Below are positions 1 to 8,775 of a stretch of 64,000 nucleotides of DNA, in pieces. The translations under genes and the position numbers were made by a program. The stretch spans positions 6,164,722 through 6,228,721 of the forward strand of contig OZ242311.1 of assembly GCA_965207885.1 (NCBI GenBank). The letters run 5' to 3'. This DNA is from Candidatus Latescibacterota bacterium. Lineage in GTDB: Bacteria; Latescibacterota; UBA2968. The first letter of the stretch is position 1, and the number at the start of each line of letters is the position of its first letter. A model generated the notes under the pieces. The model made no database searches, was not told the origin of the DNA, and saw only the letters and a program-made list of their open reading frames with translations.

Positions 1-588
1 AAAACATCCGGCGACACCCATCACGAAGTCCTCGCGCGCGTACCCATGCTCGTCAGCCATCCAGACCCCGCCTGGGTCAACACATTCTTCGACGAACTCG
101 CCGCACAACAGCACCCCACGCTCGGAACATGGCCCGCTGAAGGACCCACCAACATCAGCCGCACCTTCGCCTACAGCCTGATCTACACCGGAATGGACAA
201 ACTCCCACCGCAAGCTGAGAAAATCATAGATGCCATGCTAAATCTCCAGGAAGAGAACGGCTTCTGGCACGGACGCCCCAACTTTTCAACCATGGACGCG
301 GTCTATCTCCTATCGCGACTGCCAAAAGCCACCAGGTGGTGGCGCGAGACAGAAGCAAACGCCGCGCTACACCGCACAGCAGATGCGCTCATCCCCTATT
401 ACAAAGCACACGCAGAACGCGACAAGCAGGACACCCATCAATTCGCGGCCACCGTACAAACATTTGCCCTGCTATACGAAGCATTGTCCCAGCGATTTGC
501 AACATCGCACCCGTGGCAATTCGGATGGAGCAACAGGGCATTCTGGCAGTGCCGCGTAATCAAAGAGAAACTAACCGTCCATTATTAA
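1..588 (+). CDS. Hypothetical protein, 5'-truncated by the window edge; possibly alpha/alpha-toroid (prenyltransferase-repeat-like)
   Basis: The frame of ORF 46..588 is open back to base 1. LNLQEENGFW resembles a QW-type repeat. Confidence 0.55.
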   Translation, partial: KTSGDTHHEVLARVPMLVSHPDPAWVNTFFDELAAQQHPTLGTWPAEGPTNISRTFAYSLIYTGMDKLPPQAEKIIDAMLNLQEENGFWHGRPNFSTMDAVYLLSRLPKATRWWRETEANAALHRTADALIPYYKAHAERDKQDTHQFAATVQTFALLYEALSQRFATSHPWQFGWSNRAFWQCRVIKEKLTVHY

Positions 589-904
589 CACACGAAAACG
601 GGTCAAGTCCAAGATACGAACACTGGATGAGGCCCAGTTCCCAACGGCATTCGGCTTGGCGATGGAAGCAGAGGAATACACACAGGTAAGGGAGAAGCAG
701 GTCAAAGAGGCACTATCGGACATGGAGCATCTGGGGCTGGACGATCGATCTACTGATGAACCTGATGACCCCAGCATGGACATTATAGATCAAGAACAGA
801 ACGCAGACAGGACCTGGTCTGGGGATCGAACTCGACGAAAGCGGTCGTCAATAAACATCGTGCGTGACTACTCCCAACGCTAAAGCAGTTGGGCTTCTTG
901 GCGG

Positions 905-2029
905 TCAATCCGCCTGACGTTGTAGCCCCAACGTCAATATGTTTATCGCAGCATTGTGGTCTCTGTCCGTCTTATAGCCACACGCCTTGCAATGATGCAC
1001 ACGCTCAGAAAGTGCTTTCTTCTCTCTATGTCCGCATGCAGAGCAATCTTGTGACGTATATTCAGGATCAACGGCCTTGAATCCAATACCAGCCTCTTCC
1101 GCTTTGTATTTGAGACAGTGCCGAAACAGGGACCATGCTACGTCTGCTATTGATTTAGCCAATCGTCTGTTCTTTTGCATCTCTTTCACGTCCAATTTCT
1201 CTACGGCTATGAATCCGTGACGATTGACCATTTTTCTTGATTCTTGATGAGCAAAGTTATGTCGTTTATTACGGATACGCTCATGCACTCTACCAATGAC
1301 TTTACGACGCTTTTCTCTTACAGCGTCGGTCTTGGGTCTTTTTTTCACCGCGTCCCATTTGCGCTGTGTTTTGGCAAGAGATTTCTCTTCTTTCCTAAAG
1401 AATCTCTGATTCTCTATTTTCTGTCCGTCACTGGTCACAGCAAAGGAATTGAGACCCACGTCAATGCCAACAGCAGAGCCAGCGGTTGGTTTCTTCTCTT
1501 TTTCGCCAATATCGCAAGAGATAGACACAAACCACTTGCCTGTTGCTGTGCGTGTGATTGTGCAAGACTTAGGGATACCCTCAAGTGACCTGTGCTGGAC
1601 AATGCGAATGCAACCAATACTGCCCAATCGCAAGCCCTTGTCGTCCAATCGACATCCATTGGCAAACTGAGGATAGGTGATAGAATCATAGCGATGCTCA
1701 TTCTTGTATCTGGGAAAGCCAGCTTTCTCGCCTGTCTCTGACTTCTCTTTGAGACGCCGAAAGAATCCTTTGAATGCCAAATCTACTCTTGCTGACACTT
1801 GTTGCAACACTTGACTATATACTTGCTTGAAAGCGGCGTGTTGTTGTTTTAACAATGGTATTGTTTTGGTCTGGTCATATTGCGAGAGAGACTTATTCTC
1901 ATTTTTCCATGCTTGTATTCTGGCACAGAGTAGTTGATTATAGAGAATACGACATTCGTCAATATGCGCCAGCAAGATTTGTTCTTGCTTTTTGGTCGGA
2001 CGCAATCTGTATTTGAATGATTTAACCAT
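905..2029 (-). CDS. tnpB: RNA-guided endonuclease TnpB
   Basis: N-terminal KYRLRPT HTH, RuvC-I GIDVGL, RuvC-II AVEKL, zinc finger CSAC/CKAC, RuvC-III DRDHNAAINI. Confidence 0.95.
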   Translation of the reverse strand: MVKSFKYRLRPTKKQEQILLAHIDECRILYNQLLCARIQAWKNENKSLSQYDQTKTIPLLKQQHAAFKQVYSQVLQQVSARVDLAFKGFFRRLKEKSETGEKAGFPRYKNEHRYDSITYPQFANGCRLDDKGLRLGSIGCIRIVQHRSLEGIPKSCTITRTATGKWFVSISCDIGEKEKKPTAGSAVGIDVGLNSFAVTSDGQKIENQRFFRKEEKSLAKTQRKWDAVKKRPKTDAVREKRRKVIGRVHERIRNKRHNFAHQESRKMVNRHGFIAVEKLDVKEMQKNRRLAKSIADVAWSLFRHCLKYKAEEAGIGFKAVDPEYTSQDCSACGHREKKALSERVHHCKACGYKTDRDHNAAINILTLGLQRQAD

Positions 2030-2035
2030 AATAAA

Positions 2036-2064
2036 AATATATACTTATATGCATTTTTTGTCAA
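2036..2064 (-). promoter_or_regulatory. Sigma70-type promoter for tnpB, probably leaderless
   Basis: TTGACA (2064-2059), 17 bp, TATATT (2041-2036); ATG lies 6 nt downstream with no SD. Confidence 0.6.
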
Positions 2065-2151
2065 GATTTTTATCGCTAAAGCAATACCAAAATCACAAGC
2101 CCTCATATCCCAACGCTAAAGCTGTTGGGTTTTACGGGCTGTTTGATAAGG

Positions 2152-2180
2152 TTGCGTAAAATTGCAACATTTGCTATAAT
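2152..2180 (+). promoter_or_regulatory. Sigma70-type promoter of the vapBC-like operon
   Basis: TTGCGT, 17 bp, TATAAT with extended -10 (TGcTATAAT). Confidence 0.6.
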
Positions 2181-2216
2181 TTATTGCTTCCATGACATCA
2201 TTAAAGGATTTTAGCC

Positions 2217-2471
2217 ATGAGTAAAATGATAAAAACAAAAGTAACAGCGCAAGGGGTTTTGATCCCTCGGCAGTTGTTAGAAGGAATAGAGGAAGTAGAA
2301 ATAAAAAAAGAAAATGATGTGATTACAATTATGCCGACGGGACAGATGAACGCCTGCGGTAGTAGTACACAGCTTGATCCCATTTGGAATCTGGGTGAAA
2401 ATCCAGTCGAATGTGGTATTTCAGATGCTTCCGAACAGCATGACAAATATTTGTATGACACATCTTCATGA
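2217..2471 (+). CDS. Antitoxin, AbrB/MazE-like (VapB-type)
   Basis: 84 aa with KVTAQGVLIPRQLL swapped-hairpin-like N-terminus; ATGA overlap with the PIN gene. Confidence 0.7.
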   Translation: MSKMIKTKVTAQGVLIPRQLLEGIEEVEIKKENDVITIMPTGQMNACGSSTQLDPIWNLGENPVECGISDASEQHDKYLYDTSS

Positions 2472-2881
2472 ACACAAATATATTCTTTCTTGATACAGGT
2501 TATCTCATTGCCCTTGAAGCTTCTAACGACAAAAATCATACACGCGCAAAAAATCATTGGCGAACTTTTATTCGCACACGCCCGTCATTAGTGACCACTT
2601 CCTTTGTGTTTGATGAAGTGGTCACTTTTTTTAACAGTCGAAATCGGCATGATAAAGCAATTGAAGTTGGCACACGCCTCTTGAATAGCCCTTCTGTTCA
2701 GCTAATCCAAGTAGATGACTCTCTTTTTCGCAAAGGTTGGGAATATTTCGAGCAACATTCAGATAAGCTCTACTCTTTGACAGATTGCATTTCATTTGTT
2801 GTTATGCAGCAACGGAAAATTCAGACTGCCCTAACTTTTGATAGGCATTTTACTCAAGCCAATTTTTTGACCATTCCCTGA
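2468..2881 (+). CDS. vapC: PIN-domain VapC-family toxin
   Basis: FLDTG, VFDEV, SLTDCISF and LTFDRHF PIN motifs. Confidence 0.9.
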   Translation: MNTNIFFLDTGYLIALEASNDKNHTRAKNHWRTFIRTRPSLVTTSFVFDEVVTFFNSRNRHDKAIEVGTRLLNSPSVQLIQVDDSLFRKGWEYFEQHSDKLYSLTDCISFVVMQQRKIQTALTFDRHFTQANFLTIP

Positions 2882-2974
2882 ATCTCCTGAAAGTGGCATA
2901 CTACAGGCGTATATGGTGCGTGGTTGGCTTTGAGTAGGACTAAGCGGCCATCGCACAAACATCTCTGCCTTGTA

Positions 2975-3026
2975 ATATAACATATGTTATATGATTCTTG
3001 ATATTCACCCGACCATATTATATATT
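2975..3026 (+). promoter_or_regulatory. Perfect 18-bp palindrome (candidate operator) plus sigma70-like promoter of the helicase gene
   Basis: ATATAACATATGTTATAT at 2975-2992, then TTGATA (2998-3003), 17 bp, TATATT (3021-3026). Confidence 0.55.
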
Positions 3027-3074
3027 CCGGTTGTCCAAAAATTGAGACATGACAGGTAGAAGGATATATCACCC

Positions 3075-6000
3075 ATGATTTTAACTGACCTACCAGGCGA
3101 TTACGCCCGAAGAATCAAAAACATCCGGGGCGTCAAAGAACTGACCCAAACGCAGTTCGCGGAGTGCATTGGTGTGTCCTATGCCTCAGTCAACCGCTGG
3201 GAGAACGGACAGTCGCGTCCCAACAATCTGGCCTGGCAACGCATCTTAGAGCTGGAAGCGTACCCCCATGATGGCATTGATGAGGTACCGGCGATACCAG
3301 AAGTGAGATCAACATCTCCACTGAGCATGGACTTCTCCGCGAACCCGGACGCTATTTCAGCAGTCGCCGAAGCGCATCGCCTCACCTACGGACATCTTTT
3401 TAACTCTGCGTTTGCCGCTGAAACATCGTTGATCGACCCGCTACCTCATCAGCGCATCGCCGTGTACGAGCAAATGCTGCAACAGGCCCCCCTGCGATTC
3501 TTGCTCGCCGACGACGCGGGCGCCGGTAAAACGATCATGACGGGCCTGTACGTGCGCGAGATGTTGTCCCGCAGACTCATCCGCCGCGTGCTCATCGTCC
3601 CACCTGCTGGCCTGGTTGGCAACTGGGAGCGAGAATTGCGCACCCTGTTTCACCTGCCATTCCGCATCATCAGCGGCGCAGACGCGCGAACCGGCAATCC
3701 CTTCCTTGGAGCAGAGAGTGACCGGGCAATCGTCAGCATCGACACTCTGGCCGGGGAACGCATGTTCAACTACCTCAAAGACCCGCAGACTGACGCTTAT
3801 GACCTCGTCGTCTTCGACGAAGCGCACAAGCTATCCGCGAATCGCCAGCCGGACTTCAGGGTACGCAAAACGGATCGCTACAGGCTGGCAGAAGCCCTAT
3901 CTGGCGCTGAGGTAGATAGTGAAGACTGGAGACTCCCCTGGTCGGCTCAACATCTGCTATTGCTCACCGCAACGCCGCATATGGGAAAGGATCACCCCTA
4001 CTACTATCTATGGCGTCTGCTACTTCCCGACGCACTCTCTACCTATGATGCTTTCGAAGAGTTTCCCCAAGAATCTCGGCAGAAGCACTATATCCGCCGG
4101 ACCAAAGAAGAGATGGTCCACTTTGATGGTTCCCCGCTATATCCACAGCGAAACTGCGACACATTGGGCTACGCACTCTCACAAGGACAAGAAAGCGAAC
4201 AGGAACTCTACGACGAAACCACAGAATACATCCGGTATTATTACAACCGCGCTGGCATTTTGAACCGCTCCGCCGCCCGCCTGGCAATGAGCGTCTTCCA
4301 GCGCCGTCTCGCCAGTTCCACGTACGCCCTCCTGCGCTCCTTTGAGCGTCGCCATGAGAAACTCGAAGGACTGATTGACGACATACAGAACGGGCGTCTC
4401 TCCGAGGAACAACTCTTACGCCAACAACGACGCCTCGACACTCTCGACGATCTCTATGAAACCCGCACTGCCGATGAGGATGGAGAACAACAGGAGGGAT
4501 TCGAGAGCGATGCTCTGGGCGGCACCATCGCGGTCAATCTCAGCGAACTGGAGACAGAACGTCTCAGGGTCGAAGAACTGTTCAACAAGGCCCAGAACCT
4601 GTACGACACTGGCGAGGAATCCAAATTCGAGAAACTGCGCGAGGTGCTCAGTAATCCGAAATACACCGACGAAAAATTCATCATATTCACCGAGCACCGC
4701 GACACAGCGGAGTTCCTTGTGCGCCGTCTCGAAGGTCTCGGCTACACCGGTCAAGTCGCCCTGATCCACGGTGGCCTGCCGTACCAGGAAAGAGAGCGAC
4801 AGGTCGAGTTTTTCCGCCGACCAGCGACGGAAGGCGGGGCCAACTATCTGGTAGCTACCGACGCCGCTGGCGAAGGTATCAATCTGCAGTTCTGCTGGCT
4901 GATGGTCAACTACGACATCCCCTGGAATCCGGCGCGGCTCGAACAGCGGATGGGTCGTATCCATCGCTACGGACAAACGCACGATCCCGTAGTCATAATC
5001 AACTTGGTGTCCAGCGGCACGCGCGAGGGGCGGGTCTTGAAAACCCTTCTCGACAAGCTGGAGGCGATCCGACGACAACTCCAATCTGACAAGGTCTTCG
5101 ACGTCGTAGGCCGTCTGTTTGAAGAATACTCCATGAAGGACTATCTCGAACAAGCGATCACCGAAGACGCCGATACCCTTGCCGAACAACTGGAAGGCGA
5201 TCTCACTGAAGAGCAAGTCCGTGCTCTCGAACAAAAGGAGCGCATGATCTATGGGGAAGGTGGCGAAGTGCGTAGCCGATTACCCCATCTCAAAAAGGAA
5301 GCAGAGCAGGAAAACTACCGCCGGCTGCTGCCCGGATACGTGCGACGCCTCGTGGAAAAAGCCGCACCGCTACTCGACCTGCACATTGAAGGGGACCCCG
5401 AAGAAACCTTCACCCTGGTACCTGCTCGACCTCGTGCAGCTGATCCCCTGCTATCCGCACTTGAGTTGTATCCCGAAAGCGCGTGGAATCGACTGACAGT
5501 GTACAAGCCATTCACTCGCGAAAACGCGATCTGGCTACACCCCGGCGAGCCGGTATTCGACAGCATCTCTGCAACGATCCTGAATCGATTCAAACACGAG
5601 GGACTAAAAGGAGCCATATTCATCGATCCTTACGCAACCGAGCCGTATCTGTTCCACATCGCACTCATTTCCGTCGAACAACACAGCCAGGTCAACACAC
5701 AGGAGACCAATCTGCTATCTGCCCTCAATAATGACGAAACAGCCCCGAAACTGCTCGAATCGCGACTGGTCGGACTGCGCCAACTAAGCGATGGTACCGT
5801 AGAGGAGTGTGCGGTCGAGCATCTTCTTCTCCTCAGAGGTGCCCATGGCATTGCCCCGAGCCGGGTGCCACTTGCCACTTTTGCTCGCACCATGGCTCAG
5901 GATGCCGCCAATTTTATCCGCGATGAAGTGACCCAACGACTCGCACAAACACATCGACAGCGCATCCTCAACGATCTACCCTCACGCATGGACTTTGTCA

Positions 6001-6671
6001 ACCGCGGCTTCGACTTCCAGGCAGCCGAACTCGCAGCAGCCCGATCCCATCTCACCCAAAGGGCACGCACTGGTGATAGGCATGCCAATACAGAACTCAC
6101 CAGAGTCAAAGAACAACAACGAAGCCTGACGGATCTCCGCAACCGTCGCCTCGCCGAACTACAAACCGAACCGGACCTCATCCAGGCTGGTGAAATGGAA
6201 TTCCTCGTCCATGCCCTCGTGGTACCCGTCCAGGATACCGGGGAAACCGAGCGTTACGATGCCGATGTCGAAGCCATTGCCGTAAAAGTCGCCACCGCCT
6301 ACGAGGAAAGTTTTGGCGCTGAGGTCCAGGATGTCTCACGCCCCGAACTCGCACGGCGCGCGGGACTAACCGACTGGCCGGGCTTTGACCTCAGATCCCG
6401 CCATCCCGCAAATGACCAAAGCAACGCAGAAGAACGCGCCATCGAAGTCAAAGGCCGCGCTGGCTCCGGTAATATTCAAATGAGCGAAAACGAATGGGCC
6501 AGAGCCTGCAACCTGCGCGATGATTACTGGCTCTATGTCGTCTTCGACTGCGCCACGCCACGCCCACGCCTCGTGAGAGTGCGCGACCCATTTGGCAAAC
6601 TACTCGTCAGAACCCACGAATCTATTGCATTCACTATCACCTCAGGGGAACTGTTGGAAGCCGCCGAGTAA
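3075..6671 (+). CDS. SNF2-family helicase with N-terminal XRE HTH and C-terminal DUF3883-like PD-(D/E)XK nuclease
   Basis: LTQTQFAECIGVSYASVNRWENG (HTH); LADDAGAGKT, DEAH, LLTATP, GEGINLQ, QRMGRIHR; GFDLRS...IEVKG...SENE. Confidence 0.9.
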   Translation: MILTDLPGDYARRIKNIRGVKELTQTQFAECIGVSYASVNRWENGQSRPNNLAWQRILELEAYPHDGIDEVPAIPEVRSTSPLSMDFSANPDAISAVAEAHRLTYGHLFNSAFAAETSLIDPLPHQRIAVYEQMLQQAPLRFLLADDAGAGKTIMTGLYVREMLSRRLIRRVLIVPPAGLVGNWERELRTLFHLPFRIISGADARTGNPFLGAESDRAIVSIDTLAGERMFNYLKDPQTDAYDLVVFDEAHKLSANRQPDFRVRKTDRYRLAEALSGAEVDSEDWRLPWSAQHLLLLTATPHMGKDHPYYYLWRLLLPDALSTYDAFEEFPQESRQKHYIRRTKEEMVHFDGSPLYPQRNCDTLGYALSQGQESEQELYDETTEYIRYYYNRAGILNRSAARLAMSVFQRRLASSTYALLRSFERRHEKLEGLIDDIQNGRLSEEQLLRQQRRLDTLDDLYETRTADEDGEQQEGFESDALGGTIAVNLSELETERLRVEELFNKAQNLYDTGEESKFEKLREVLSNPKYTDEKFIIFTEHRDTAEFLVRRLEGLGYTGQVALIHGGLPYQERERQVEFFRRPATEGGANYLVATDAAGEGINLQFCWLMVNYDIPWNPARLEQRMGRIHRYGQTHDPVVIINLVSSGTREGRVLKTLLDKLEAIRRQLQSDKVFDVVGRLFEEYSMKDYLEQAITEDADTLAEQLEGDLTEEQVRALEQKERMIYGEGGEVRSRLPHLKKEAEQENYRRLLPGYVRRLVEKAAPLLDLHIEGDPEETFTLVPARPRAADPLLSALELYPESAWNRLTVYKPFTRENAIWLHPGEPVFDSISATILNRFKHEGLKGAIFIDPYATEPYLFHIALISVEQHSQVNTQETNLLSALNNDETAPKLLESRLVGLRQLSDGTVEECAVEHLLLLRGAHGIAPSRVPLATFARTMAQDAANFIRDEVTQRLAQTHRQRILNDLPSRMDFVNRGFDFQAAELAAARSHLTQRARTGDRHANTELTRVKEQQRSLTDLRNRRLAELQTEPDLIQAGEMEFLVHALVVPVQDTGETERYDADVEAIAVKVATAYEESFGAEVQDVSRPELARRAGLTDWPGFDLRSRHPANDQSNAEERAIEVKGRAGSGNIQMSENEWARACNLRDDYWLYVVFDCATPRPRLVRVRDPFGKLLVRTHESIAFTITSGELLEAAE

Positions 6672-6681
6672 CTCAGAAAGA
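6646..6681 (+). repeat. Direct repeat A copy 1 (helicase 3' end); copy 2 at 26721-26756
   Basis: 31/36 identical; the last 16 nt GAGTAACTCAGAAAGA are identical. Confidence 0.75.
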
Positions 6682-6689
6682 AAAACGGC

Positions 6690-6989
6690 ATGAAATTACG
6701 ACAGCCGCGCCATAGCAAAGAGGAATTCGCCCGACGTGGTCAGGCGATCTACGAACAACAAGTGAGGGCGCAAGTGGAAGAAGACAACTACGGCAGGATC
6801 GTAGCGATTGATATTGAAACAGGCGAATTCGAGGTAGCGGACGACCCACTTGCCGCCGCTGACCAACTTTTTGCGCGTTGTCCAGATGCACAGCCGTGGT
6901 TGATCCGCATCGGCCATCGTGCGCTATATCGGTTCGGGCAGCACAATCATGGGGTGGTGCCCAAGCCCGAACAGAGAGCCATTCTGTAG
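6690..6989 (+). CDS. Small conserved hypothetical protein (DUF5678-like)
   Basis: GRIVAIDIETGEFEVADD...LIRIG pattern; in operon position after the helicase. Confidence 0.6.
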   Translation: MKLRQPRHSKEEFARRGQAIYEQQVRAQVEEDNYGRIVAIDIETGEFEVADDPLAAADQLFARCPDAQPWLIRIGHRALYRFGQHNHGVVPKPEQRAIL

Positions 6990-6990
6990 A
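6887..6990 (+). repeat. Direct repeat B copy 1 (3' end of ORF 6690-6989); copy 2 at 8661-8764
   Basis: 104 bp ungapped with about 15 mismatches (about 86% identity). Confidence 0.9.
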
Positions 6991-7042
6991 AGACCCTATT
7001 TCGCCAAAGCAATATCCCAATTCAACTAACGGAGATGACGAT

Positions 7043-8638
7043 ATGACGACTAACAGCAAATCTTCCAACGCAGCATCCCACAACGGCCAATCCCAGAACG
7101 GTACGGGCATGCCGATGGAATTACGTCTGCACATAACAGATCCAGATTTATGCGACGAACTGAGCGGGTACCAGGAGGGAATGGAGCGCGATAATTTTGC
7201 CCTCTCTGCGCTGAAGATAGGCGTCATCGCTCTGCGTCAGGCACAAGGCCGCATTGACGCTGAACAGATTCGGCAGGCGGGGGATACCATTATCCAGAAT
7301 ATGGCTCAGGCTCTCAACCAGCATCAGCGTGACGTAACCGATAAAATCGGCGATTTCCTCAAAGATTACTTTGATCCGGAAAGCGGGCGGTTCAACGAAA
7401 GAGTGCAGCAGTTAGTGGGAAATGACGGAGAACTGGAGCGGATCATTCGCCCCCTAATCGAAGGTGACGGCTCCCAGTTAGCCCAGACTCTCATCGCCCA
7501 TGTGGGCAAGGATAGCCCACTAATGCAAACCCTTAACCCCGACTCCGCCAGCGGCCTAATTGCCCAGCTTACACAATCCACTGAGACCACGCTGAGTGCG
7601 CAGAGCGAGCGGATACTCAGCGAGTTCTCGCAGGATAATAAAGACAGTGCCATTAACCGCCTGATTGTACAGTTGAAGGATAATCACGGAGAAGTTGGCA
7701 AGGCACTGGAAGAGCGCATCAGCGAGGTAGTCAGTGAGTTCTCGCTGGACAAGGAAGATTCAGCTCTTACCCGCCTGATGAACGGAGTTGAACAGGCGCA
7801 GCGTCAAATCAGCAGCGAGTTTGACCTGAACCAGGAAGATTCCGCGCTGGCCCGGATGCGCAAAGAATTGCTGGACAGCATCGAGACCCAACGTCAGACC
7901 AACGAGAAGTTCCAACGCGATGTAATCGAGAAGTTGGCTGAAATGACTGCCCGCAAACAGGAAGCCCAAAAAAGCACTCGCCACGGCCTGGAGTTCGAAT
8001 CTGCCGTTTTCGATTTTATCAACCAACAGAGCCAAAACGCTGGCGACATCGCCACCCACACTGGCAATACGACGGGGCAAATCAAGAACAATAAGAAGGG
8101 CGATATAGTCATTGAGCTCGGCCCCGAATCTGCCGCTGCCGGAGCCAAGATAGTGGTTGAAGCCAAAGAGGACGGTTCCTTTAACCTGACGAAAGCCCTA
8201 GAAGAACTGGAGGTTGCCCGAAAGAACCGAGACGCCGACATTGGCCTCTTTGTCTTCTCCAAGACCACCGCGCCGGAAGGACTGGATGCGTTCAACCGCT
8301 ACGGAAACAATATAGTGACCATCTGGGACAAAGATGACACTGCCAGTGACATCTTCCTTAATGTCGGGCTGTCAGTCTCCAAAGCCCTCTCCCTGCGCCC
8401 CAAGTCCCATAGCCAAGAAACAGGGGCTGATTTTGAGGCGATTGAAAAGGCGATCATAGAAATTGAACGGCAAACGGATGGACTTAACGAGATTAGGACT
8501 TCTGCCGAAACCATTCGCAATAGCAGCGACAAGATTCTTAACCGCGCCCGCATAATGCGCGAAGGGTTGGACAAGCAAACCGGCATCCTGAACGATAAGG
8601 TAGATAACTTACGCGAGGCGGTCGGCAGCGCGGTCTGA
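7043..8638 (+). CDS. Coiled-coil protein with C-terminal PD-(D/E)XK nuclease-like domain (RmuC-like architecture)
   Basis: GGAG SD before ATG 7043, in frame with ORF 6878; long helical region, then GLEFE...GDIVI...VVEAK. Confidence 0.65.
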   Translation: MTTNSKSSNAASHNGQSQNGTGMPMELRLHITDPDLCDELSGYQEGMERDNFALSALKIGVIALRQAQGRIDAEQIRQAGDTIIQNMAQALNQHQRDVTDKIGDFLKDYFDPESGRFNERVQQLVGNDGELERIIRPLIEGDGSQLAQTLIAHVGKDSPLMQTLNPDSASGLIAQLTQSTETTLSAQSERILSEFSQDNKDSAINRLIVQLKDNHGEVGKALEERISEVVSEFSLDKEDSALTRLMNGVEQAQRQISSEFDLNQEDSALARMRKELLDSIETQRQTNEKFQRDVIEKLAEMTARKQEAQKSTRHGLEFESAVFDFINQQSQNAGDIATHTGNTTGQIKNNKKGDIVIELGPESAAAGAKIVVEAKEDGSFNLTKALEELEVARKNRDADIGLFVFSKTTAPEGLDAFNRYGNNIVTIWDKDDTASDIFLNVGLSVSKALSLRPKSHSQETGADFEAIEKAIIEIERQTDGLNEIRTSAETIRNSSDKILNRARIMREGLDKQTGILNDKVDNLREAVGSAV

Positions 8639-8660
8639 TTTGGGTGAGACGGGAGTTCCC

Positions 8661-8764
8661 TGCACAGCCGTGGTTAGTGTGCATCGGGCACCGTGCGCTA
8701 CATCGGTTCGGGCAGCACAATCATGGCGTGGTGCCTAACCCCAAACAGAGGCCCTTTCCGTAGA
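8661..8764 (+). repeat. Direct repeat B copy 2 (non-coding remnant)
   Basis: Aligns to 6887-6990. Confidence 0.9.
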
Positions 8765-8775
8765 GGATACTGATA

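Larger units (their letters stand above)
864..2145 (-). mobile_element. IS200/IS605-family element, tnpB only (IS1341-like, non-autonomous)
   Basis: Near-identical hairpins CCCAAC-GCTAAAGC(A/T)-GTTGGG at 873-893 and 2109-2129 flank tnpB. On the minus strand the right end reads ...GGGAGTAGTCAC, ending at 864, and the left end follows TTAT (2149-2146). No tnpA between the ends. Confidence 0.85.

Noticed and set aside
844-863. Possible second target for the predicted TnpB guide within the window
   Set aside because: No match was noticed by eye; a computational search would be needed to exclude one.
656-883. 75-aa acidic ORF running into the IS end
   Set aside because: No recognisable motif, and its last codons come from the IS. 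It could be a remnant but cannot be supported.
6878-7042. N-terminal extension of the 586-aa ORF (similar over-long starts at 18727, 29656, 34590, 41130 and 43638)
   Set aside because: These overlap upstream genes, repeats or promoters. Downstream ATGs fit better, most with an SD or stop-start coupling.
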